From: a virus
Taxonomy: Duplodnaviria > Heunggongvirae > Uroviricota > Caudoviricetes > Crassvirales
Virus record (IMG/VR): IMGVR_UViG_3300033069_000976
Span: 1 to 29,012 of that record
Length of the DNA stretch: 29,012 nucleotides
Direction: 5' to 3' (one strand)
In this document: positions 15,298 to 24,200 of the stretch, piece by piece
How the letters are laid out: every line of letters starts with the position of its first letter
Numbering within the stretch: the first letter of the stretch is position 1
The notes under the pieces: model-generated
What the model saw: only the letters and a program-made list of their open reading frames with translations
Told to the model about the DNA's origin: nothing
Databases searched by the model: none
Made by a program: the position numbers and the translations under genes

Positions 15298-18200
15298 TTA
15301 TCTCATAGCTCTTGCTTCAGCAGAAGTTCTTATACCCCTTTCTTTAGCTTCTTCAGGGAATACTATAGGTAATATTTCTTTTTGGAATTGAGAAGCAAAA
15401 GGCATAATATCAAAGAAGTACTTTTGTGGGTAAGCTTCTTTTTGCCATTCTTCATTTTCAGTAACATACCCTGCTGTTTCTTTACCAAAAGAGTAGAATA
15501 CTTTAGATACTTTACTTAGTAATCCAAGTGAAGGAGCTACTGAACCTCTGGTTATACTCTCAGCAGATGTAGGATTATAGTAAAACCACATCTCATCAGA
15601 GATTTTATTGATTGCTTTAGCCCAGAACTTGTACCTATTCTTTGTTAAATCATCCTCTTCTTCTGGTGGTTGAGCTACTTTAGCAGCAACTACAAGACCT
15701 ATAACAGAAACAAGAATAGCTAATTCTTTCATCTCAGCCCGAAGTTCTTTCCGCATCATATCAAAGAATTCAGACTCTGTAATCTGTAATTCTAAACCTG
15801 TTTTTTGATAATAGGCTTCTCTTTTTTGCTCAAGCATTTCCTGCATAATAGCTATACCCTCTGGAGTAGCATTTATTATATCTTTGATCTTATTTATTTT
15901 AGTAAAACCTACATGCATTATAGTCTTAGCAAATAACCTTGTTCTACCATATTCCCATTGTCCTAATACAGGGTCTTTCTTAATATCCATAGCCCTTAAA
16001 GAAACCTGTTTAGGTATCCAGTTCTTGAACATCATAAAAGACTGAGCCAATATATTCCTTCTATATTGAGCCTTGTTCTCTGAAGACATCTGACCAGTTA
16101 TATATCTACCATATTCAGTTACTTTTGTTCTGTACCTGGAAATCTCTTCCTGGGCAACTCCTGGAATCTCAACTATACCATCTTTATTAAAAGTAGCTAT
16201 TTTAGGCAGGGATTTGGTCTCTTTTAAAGTCTTAATCTCTGCTTCCATATCCTTCTCAACTTGAGATAAAGTAGCAGAATTTTCATATCTTTTAGCATTC
16301 TTTTTCTGAACATACTGTCTGATATTCTCAATCTTTCCATCTACTACCATACTATTCTCCAACCAAGAATATGCATTGGTAAGCTGGTGAGCTACATCAC
16401 CAATTCTATTAGTAGACATTAATACATCCTGAAAAGACCAAACTGATAACCATTTAAGTGGAGATTGTTTCCAAGCAATTTTCTTTTGTCCTTCTTTAAC
16501 AATGTCCTCATTTAAAGGTATAATCAGATCAATTAATCCTTTTACTACATTACCCTCTTTACCAGTAAAAATACTACCTACTACCTTTGCAAAATTCTTA
16601 TGATAGTCAGCTACTGTGTAATATAACCCTGCATTAACAACTGACTGCATAAAAGCCCCTACAAAGTTAGGTATGGCTACTAATAGTTTTAAACCTACTG
16701 CCAAACCTTGTGTATAAGTATTAGCCTGTTGAATACTTTTCTTAACAGACATTGACCTCCTTAATTTATCTTCTTCAGTACCTTTAGTTGTTTTAGAAAC
16801 AGCCGTATCTATTAAGGTATCAGTATCTTGTCTCATACCATATATAGCATCGTCAGTCATTACTTCTAATACAGCAGCATTTACTTCATTTGAATCAAAC
16901 ACTTTTGGAACATCTCCTTCAAAAACCACCTTGCCATCCTTTGCTTCAAAGTGTCCTTTAGCTTTTTCAACAGTATGCATAGCCAATAGAGTCATCTCCA
17001 GATCCTTAGAAGTTTCATATTCCTGTAAAGCCCTGATATATAAAGGGATAACCTTTAATAAATCAGTAGATAACTCATCTTCCCTACCTTCTTTATCCCC
17101 CTTTTGGGTAAAGAACTTAGGTATGGATTTTGCTAATTTACCAGTCTCAGGGTCAATTTTTCCATATTCTACACCTTCATCTTTCTGTACTGTAAAGGCA
17201 TCTGATAAACTACTATAAGCCCCTGATAATATGTTTTTACTTTGTTCAAGTCTTTCCAGAGTAGTTCCTAAAACAAATGGGAAAAACCTCATAGAGTTAC
17301 CTTGTCCTAAATATCCTTGTTTAAAAGCTCTTCTATTCAGTTCAAAGATAAAATTGTACATATCCAGTGCTGGACCAGATAGTTTCTTAAACTCTTCAGT
17401 ATAATGATTTTCTTCTATAATTGCCTCTTTTACAAGAGCTTGGAAAGACCTGTTTTGGAAACCTTCAAATCCCTTACCTCTGAATATATCAAAATCTTTT
17501 ATAACTCGGTTTCTATGACTTTCCTTTTGTTCTCTATTTTCTTTTTCATCAGTTGTATATACTGTTTCTTCAATTTGTTTAAACCTCTTTTCAATAAGGT
17601 CAGCTACTAAGTCTCTTAATTTTTTCTCATCAACATTTGCTAATATAAAATTAGCATCTTCATTTTCATAAGCATCCCTTAAAGCATCCCAAAATTCCTT
17701 TTTAGTTTTCCTTATTAATTCATGCCCTTCACTTATAGCCTTAAAAGGATTAGATGGATAAGCTTTTTGTAACTCAGTATATATCTTACCAAATTTCTCT
17801 ATCTCAGCAGCTACTAATCGCTTATCATTACTCCTTGCTTCCAGTACAATTTTGGCTGCAAGGTTCATAGTGGCATTAGGAAGTTTAGTACCTTCTAAGA
17901 AAGAGTTTATAATCCCCTGTACTTCTTTTGTAGCAGATAAAACTTCAGTAGGGGAAAATCCCTGTTGTAAAGCAGCATGAGCTACATACTTTTTAAGTAA
18001 ATCAGTAAGTTCTTTTTTTGAATTCCTAGCAGCAGAAGATGCAGCACTAAGATTTTTTAATGATGTAGCAGCATCTTTGTCAAGATTCTCTTCCCCATAT
18101 ACACTTATAAAAGCCTTATCCAGATTTGAATAAGTCTCTGCACTTTTTAACAAGTCCAGTAACTCATTGATTTGTTTATTAATATCTTCTTTTTCAAAAG

Positions 18201-21200
18201 TAGCAACATCTAATTCTTTATACTTATCAATAGTCTCTAAGATATTCTGTTTGAAAGTTACTGCCTCAGCTACTAAAGGTTTAAAATTTAGAGCTACTTG
18301 TAAGTTTCTAATAGCTACAGACAACTGGTTAAGTCCCTGTATCTTTATATATCTTTCACCTTCTGGTCCAACAGGTTTATCATAAAGCTTTTTATAGTGT
18401 GCTTTTAAAGCTCTTACAAGCTGGTCAACATCTTTATTTCCAGTAGATTGGTCTTCAGGTACTACAGGTAATAAGAATGTATTTTCTTCTTGTCTCATAT
18501 CAAGACTACCAATTACTACAGATTTTACAGTAGGTATTTGTTTACCATCTACAGTCTTCATCTTATAAACAACTCCAAATGGAACAGTTTGTAATTCAAT
18601 ATCCTTAATACCAAGTGTTTCTTTTAAGGTTCTCTTATAATCAGCCAACTGTAAAGCATGTTGAGATTTTTTCTGTGGAGCCTGGTCTAATTTATCAGGA
18701 GTATATCCCATAAATTTCCAGTCATATACCTTTACTTTACCAGTTGGTAAAAAAGCTATAAGGTCAATTGTCCCAGCTCTTCCTACAAGTTCCCCTTTTT
18801 CATTTTTTGCATTAGGATTGAAAATCATTTGCTCTGTAAACAACTTTGTCCCAGCTTCAAATTGGAATAAGAAACCATTAATACCTTTACGGGTATCTCC
18901 AAGAAGGTATGTTTCTACAGCTTTTAATTCAGCACTCTTTGCTGCTGGGAGTAAACTTAAATCAACCTCATCTTCTCCCTTTATAGTACCATCTTCTTTA
19001 AGAAATACTTTAAACACTTCTTCTATATAAGCATGAAGTTCTGTTCCTTTTAAGGCTTTAATAGTATCCTGCATTTTAAGAATAGGATCTTTAGCCCTTT
19101 CTTTCATATAGTCTTTACCACCAGTCTTCTTAAGATTTTCTCTTTTAGCCCACTCAGTAGTTCTGTCTGACTTCTTTTCTTTACCAGCTATAACTGCTGT
19201 ATAGTAAGAGTTATTACTCTCATCATCTGGATCTACGGTATCAGTATGCTTTACTACTTTATAATCAGCCAGTATCTTCTTTAGAGTAGCCATAGCAGTA
19301 TCAGCAGTAGGATTTTCTGGAGCAGTTTGTAAATAAACCCTGGCAAAATCCTGTATATCCTGCCCAAGTTTAGTATCTCCATTTAGATTTCTATCTACTA
19401 CTGTCTGAAAAGTTTCAGGTGTTAACTGGTTAGCTATCAATGATATAGCTGCCCTATAGTCTTTATTATCCAGAGCCTTGTTTATCTCATCCTGAAATAG
19501 ACTAGTCTCTGAACTCTGAATAGCCTCTACTCTTTTGCCAAGCTTAACAAGTTCCTGTCTGTTCTTTAAAGACTCTACAGTCCCTATATTATTTAATCCT
19601 TCTATAGCTTCTTCAAAAGGGTTATACCCTGCTATATTAACAAGTCCTTTAAACCATTCTACAATCTGTTGCCACCAATTTTTAGATTGCTCAAGAAACT
19701 CTGGTTTTTCTATACCTTCTTGTTCTTGTCTGATAATTGTTTCAGCCAGAACTTTACCAATAGCTTCTTTCTTCATACCTATAACATCCAGTTTACCTTG
19801 TTTGGTAAATTGCTTAACATAGGTTTCATCAGCTAATAAGTTCTTGTAAATCTGATAGTTACCAATTTTACTTAACATTTTTTTGTAAAGAGCAGGATTT
19901 GTAATTTCCATTATCTCCACAGCAAAGTGCATAGCTTCCTCTGTTAAAGCTTCATTGGTTTTACCTTCAGCTATTTCAATGATATTATTAAGTATATCTG
20001 CTACACCATTAATACCTTTATACCTGGCAGTATCCAAAGCTTTAATATCTACACCAATCCTACTTAACCATTCTTTAACTCTTTCTATAGTTTTAGGAGA
20101 AGCTTTACTAGGAGTTAAATCTTCATTCTCTGTTTGTAGCATTACATCTTGTGTTCCTACCCAGTTCTTAAAACCATCTATATCTTGTTTAGAACCTAAT
20201 ATATGTATTTGTTCTGGTTCAAATACCGCATAAACTGTATCATCTCTTTTGTACCCCAAAGAAGGCATCAAATCTTTACCTTTTATTACTTCATTATTTT
20301 TAGTTTTTTCTGTTAAATCTCCTTTATGTATAGGTTTATCTGATTCAGTTAAATTTTCAGCGTTAATTATTGCTGCTACTACACCAACTTTTCCTAAAAA
20401 TCTATCTAAAATTCCAGATTCTTTTATATACTCATAAGCATCTTCATAGTCACTTTCTTTATATCCTCTTTTATTTTTTTCAACATAATAATTAAACATA
20501 GCTCCTTGAAAAGCACTGTAAGCTCCTCCAGGTTTATACTGACGCATAGTAAGTTCTTGCTTTTCTTTACTGGTTAATTCATTATGAAAAAACCTTTGAA
20601 TACCTAATTCTTCTGCTTCATCAAAACTATTACTAAAAAACGATACTCCTATAAATTTATCAAATTTATATGGTGTACCATGATAAACAATATCTTTTAC
20701 TTTACTAAAAGGAAATATACTGTCAAGATATTCTTGATAATCCATAACACTCCCTATCTCAGCTAATTCAGGATTATTATTAAATATTTCCTCTACTCCT
20801 GGTTTAACTTCATTTAGCGTAGGAGTTAATTCAGGAAATTCTTTTTTACTCTCCCCAAACTTATTAACTGTATTAACATAAGTTTCTGGGTTAAAGTTTG
20901 GATTTCTTTTTTTAAACCCAGGTTCGTCATAGTAATTTATTGGTCCTTTTACTATAGTAGAATTAATACCAATAAAGCTCCTTACTTCTTCAGTAAGCAA
21001 AGGTTCCCCTAAAGAATTGACTTTAGACTTATCTATAGATTCAGGCTCTTCAACCCAGTTTCCAAATCTTTCAATGAAAGGCTCTGAAGTAGTTTCATTA
21101 TATATCTCATCAGCTTGATTATCTGATGTAGATACACTACGGATTTCATTCCATAGGATAGAAGTTTCTTCTTGCTTTGTAACTGGTGAAATTATTAGAC

Positions 21201-21210
21201 GACAACTCAT
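15298..21210 (-). CDS. Giant multidomain virion cargo (ejection) protein, 1970 aa: ART-like, degenerate zincin-like, PD-(D/E)XK nuclease, long helical C-terminus
   Basis: Adjacent to the virion RNAP as in crAss-like genomes. Motifs FGNW...LGEP; DIVYHGT...VFEPEQIHILGSKQDI; LTEEAMHF; GTELH...GTIDL...YDWK...QLADY. Confidence 0.85.
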   Translation of the reverse strand: MSCRLIISPVTKQEETSILWNEIRSVSTSDNQADEIYNETTSEPFIERFGNWVEEPESIDKSKVNSLGEPLLTEEVRSFIGINSTIVKGPINYYDEPGFKKRNPNFNPETYVNTVNKFGESKKEFPELTPTLNEVKPGVEEIFNNNPELAEIGSVMDYQEYLDSIFPFSKVKDIVYHGTPYKFDKFIGVSFFSNSFDEAEELGIQRFFHNELTSKEKQELTMRQYKPGGAYSAFQGAMFNYYVEKNKRGYKESDYEDAYEYIKESGILDRFLGKVGVVAAIINAENLTESDKPIHKGDLTEKTKNNEVIKGKDLMPSLGYKRDDTVYAVFEPEQIHILGSKQDIDGFKNWVGTQDVMLQTENEDLTPSKASPKTIERVKEWLSRIGVDIKALDTARYKGINGVADILNNIIEIAEGKTNEALTEEAMHFAVEIMEITNPALYKKMLSKIGNYQIYKNLLADETYVKQFTKQGKLDVIGMKKEAIGKVLAETIIRQEQEGIEKPEFLEQSKNWWQQIVEWFKGLVNIAGYNPFEEAIEGLNNIGTVESLKNRQELVKLGKRVEAIQSSETSLFQDEINKALDNKDYRAAISLIANQLTPETFQTVVDRNLNGDTKLGQDIQDFARVYLQTAPENPTADTAMATLKKILADYKVVKHTDTVDPDDESNNSYYTAVIAGKEKKSDRTTEWAKRENLKKTGGKDYMKERAKDPILKMQDTIKALKGTELHAYIEEVFKVFLKEDGTIKGEDEVDLSLLPAAKSAELKAVETYLLGDTRKGINGFLFQFEAGTKLFTEQMIFNPNAKNEKGELVGRAGTIDLIAFLPTGKVKVYDWKFMGYTPDKLDQAPQKKSQHALQLADYKRTLKETLGIKDIELQTVPFGVVYKMKTVDGKQIPTVKSVVIGSLDMRQEENTFLLPVVPEDQSTGNKDVDQLVRALKAHYKKLYDKPVGPEGERYIKIQGLNQLSVAIRNLQVALNFKPLVAEAVTFKQNILETIDKYKELDVATFEKEDINKQINELLDLLKSAETYSNLDKAFISVYGEENLDKDAATSLKNLSAASSAARNSKKELTDLLKKYVAHAALQQGFSPTEVLSATKEVQGIINSFLEGTKLPNATMNLAAKIVLEARSNDKRLVAAEIEKFGKIYTELQKAYPSNPFKAISEGHELIRKTKKEFWDALRDAYENEDANFILANVDEKKLRDLVADLIEKRFKQIEETVYTTDEKENREQKESHRNRVIKDFDIFRGKGFEGFQNRSFQALVKEAIIEENHYTEEFKKLSGPALDMYNFIFELNRRAFKQGYLGQGNSMRFFPFVLGTTLERLEQSKNILSGAYSSLSDAFTVQKDEGVEYGKIDPETGKLAKSIPKFFTQKGDKEGREDELSTDLLKVIPLYIRALQEYETSKDLEMTLLAMHTVEKAKGHFEAKDGKVVFEGDVPKVFDSNEVNAAVLEVMTDDAIYGMRQDTDTLIDTAVSKTTKGTEEDKLRRSMSVKKSIQQANTYTQGLAVGLKLLVAIPNFVGAFMQSVVNAGLYYTVADYHKNFAKVVGSIFTGKEGNVVKGLIDLIIPLNEDIVKEGQKKIAWKQSPLKWLSVWSFQDVLMSTNRIGDVAHQLTNAYSWLENSMVVDGKIENIRQYVQKKNAKRYENSATLSQVEKDMEAEIKTLKETKSLPKIATFNKDGIVEIPGVAQEEISRYRTKVTEYGRYITGQMSSENKAQYRRNILAQSFMMFKNWIPKQVSLRAMDIKKDPVLGQWEYGRTRLFAKTIMHVGFTKINKIKDIINATPEGIAIMQEMLEQKREAYYQKTGLELQITESEFFDMMRKELRAEMKELAILVSVIGLVVAAKVAQPPEEEDDLTKNRYKFWAKAINKISDEMWFYYNPTSAESITRGSVAPSLGLLSKVSKVFYSFGKETAGYVTENEEWQKEAYPQKYFFDIMPFASQFQKEILPIVFPEEAKERGIRTSAEARAMR
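18560..19060 (-). other. PD-(D/E)XK (RecB/Cas4-like) nuclease domain within the cargo protein
   Basis: GTELHAYIE (motif I), EQMIF, GTIDLIA (motif II), YDWK (motif III), HALQLADYK (QLxxY motif). Boundaries approximate. Confidence 0.75.
20150..20790 (-). other. ADP-ribosyltransferase-like domain within the cargo protein
   Basis: VYHGT (20674-20685), FxxF, FFS-x4-EA, VVAAIINAENL and YAVFEPEQI match the YHG...F.S...A...V.F.P.QI pattern of polyvalent-protein ART domains. Boundaries approximate. Confidence 0.55.
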
Positions 21211-21229
21211 TGATTATTAATTATTTATG

Positions 21230-24200
21230 TTATTTACATGGACCTTTTCTCATAGCCAGTTTTTCAGCTAGACTGCCTTTATTCTGTTTAGGAGGAGCAT
21301 TCTTTACTTGTACAACAGGTTTATTTTCTATAACAGGTTTAGAGATAGTGATAGATAACATCTGTTTAACCTCTTCGACAATAGATAAACTTTTATCAGT
21401 TCTTGCAGTACCTTGTTTTCCTCTATCTGTACTCTCAGTTGGTAATACTAGTTTAATATTTTTAGTATTATCCAATATTCTTTTTATTTGAGGAATAATC
21501 ATTTTCACTGAACCTTCTCCATGTCCTAAGCCTATTAATGGAAGACTATATTTTTTTCCAGGATTAGCATTGGCTAGTTTAATTAATTGAGAAACTGAGT
21601 CAGCTAATAATAACATATCTGTTTTATCACTCCAGACTGTCTTAACTGGAAAAGTAATAACCTTACCTCTATCCCCAAATTTACCATCCTGTTTATACTT
21701 AATATAACCTTTCTTATAAGCTTGGTTTGCTAAACCTGCACCATGTATCCCACCAAGATTAGTAGTAATGATAGGGATACCACCTGAGTACCATATATCC
21801 CCTTCCACTATTTTATCAGAGATGGTTACAACAGACGAAGAAGGTTTTGGTTTTTCAATATCTCTTTTAACTACAGGAGCTGGTGTTTTAGCTATTGGTT
21901 TAACAGTTCCCTCAAAAGAATCAATTACCTGTTGATCAGTAAGTTCCTGAGCAAGGTGTAAAGTACCATTATTCAATTGAGAAGGTCTGTTATCTTCATA
22001 GTATTCCTGAGCTTTTACACCATCACCATATAAGTTTACGGCTTTATAGACAAACTTATCAAAGGCAGGATTTTTCTCATCATATATAATATATGGTTCA
22101 GAACCATCCATAACTAATTGATAACCAACAGTTACCTTATAACTTTGATAATCCCCCCTCCTTTTAAACTGCTTTATTTGGACTTCAGTAAAGTTTATAT
22201 GATCCTCTTTTTTAAGTGTGATAAGAGTAGAACCAGCTTCTTGTCTCCACCTGGATACAAAGATAGGATGTTCTAATGAATTATTAGTTATTTTTTCAAA
22301 ATTATTTACAGCTCTTTGATAAAATTTAGGTTTAACTTCCCAAGGTTTATACCATCCAGATTTATCCTTTTTCTGCAATAGGTAAGGAGTACTGGATACA
22401 AAATCCTGGTCTTGCCAGTTATTCTTTAAAAATAACTTAGCTTCAGAATACCATTCCAGAGAAGAATCGTCACTAGTCATTTCCAGAATAGGATTAACAA
22501 GTGCTGAGAAATCTTCTAATGGGAGTAAATCTGTAAAAGATAAGTATGATTTATATGTACCAGATTGTAACACCGAAGCAAAGGCTATAGACCTATAAAG
22601 CTCTGGATCAATATCTTTAAGCTCTCTTAATCCTTGTATAAAAGCATTTTGAGAGAATATATCTTTTGTAGGTAGCTTTAACCTAAGATTATTTACCTGA
22701 CCTTCCTGCTCACCAATCATAACATTAAGTGAAGCAATTGCATAGTTTTGATTTAAGGTATTTTCTGGGTCATCTTTTATCCTTTTAACTTTAAAAGCTG
22801 TACCATTAACCTGGTCAGTTAACTGCCTTGCTATATAAGAACCTAATGGAGAACCATATACATTTGATCTGGTCTGTATTAAATAATCCAGGAAAGAAGC
22901 AGTTACTTTATTTCCAAGCTTTATAGCCTCTCTTGCAGATAAGTAATTATCTTTAGGATCTATTAGAGGATATAGGGTTTTTAGTATAGCCATCTGTCCA
23001 GAACCTGCCTGTAATTTAAGAAAAGAACCTATTGCTTTAGATGCATTACCTATCTTTTCTTTTAAATCACCTAAGAAACTATTGTCCAGTATATCTTGTG
23101 GGGTATTAAAAATAGAGTACTTATTAACATTGTTAAGTAACATCTTCTTAATCTCCATCAAAGTAAAGTCACTAAAGTTAGCAGTGTCCCAGGTAACAGC
23201 TTGTATATGCTCCCTTAACTGGTTAGCCATTTTAGCATATTTCAAAAACTCAGCTAATACAAGTCTTTGTTGGGAGTTATCTACATTAGTCCAACCTTTT
23301 TTACCATTTTTGAAATAAGTCTCAATATTTTTTGAGAGATTGTCTGTATTAATAATAGCAGAATCTTCTCCTCCTTCAAACATACCTAATACATAGTCTA
23401 TATTTTCCGTATTAAACAGGAATGGTTTACCTAGTTGTGTTAACAACTTATTATATTCTACTATAATAGGTTGGTTCATAAAATGTATAACTGTTTCAGA
23501 TGGTACACCAATTCTTTCAAGAAATAAGAATATACCTGCATTAGATCTGTTTACACCCAATTCTGCAATAAAGGTATCTTTTAGAATATCCACAAATCCA
23601 TTCAAATAAGCAGATATTTTATCTGTTATAAGTTTACCTGCCTTATCTGTTTTACCAGACAAAGAAACATAAGACTTACCCTTTACTACTATTTCATTAT
23701 ATAAAGGATTTCCCTTTTTATCTCTTAATTTAATAGTACCATCTCCTAAGAAATCTTTGTCTTTAGGATAAGTCTTTACAATCTTAGCTGGATCAATATA
23801 TACTGGTTGTCTCTGGGTAAGAGAGTGATTTACCTGTGCTATAGCTCCAATACCCACATTATCCTTACCAGCTATAGAAAGCTGTCTTTGACTGTTAATA
23901 TAAGACAAAGAAAGTAATGGTGAACTAGTAGATATTTTGTCCCTACCAAAGAGTTTGTTCAGGTTATCCCTCATCTCTTTCATACCATGATCACTATTAG
24001 GTATTAATAACCTGTCATAGTTTTCTGGTAAAAGCATTATCTTCTCAAAAGATTCTACATATTCATTCTGTATAGATTGCTTATACATTTTGTCTATGAA
24101 GACTTGTAATAAAGCCTCTTGTAAATCTATATCTTCTAAATCTTTTAATTGTTTACCATAGTCAGTGAGTTTCCTCATTAACTCCTCTTTAATATCTGTA

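Noticed and set aside
21202-21238. Terminal cysteines facing each other (RNAP ends ...GPCK; next protein starts MSC...)
   Set aside because: Could hint at disulfide linking of cargo, but two residues are too little evidence without homolog alignments.
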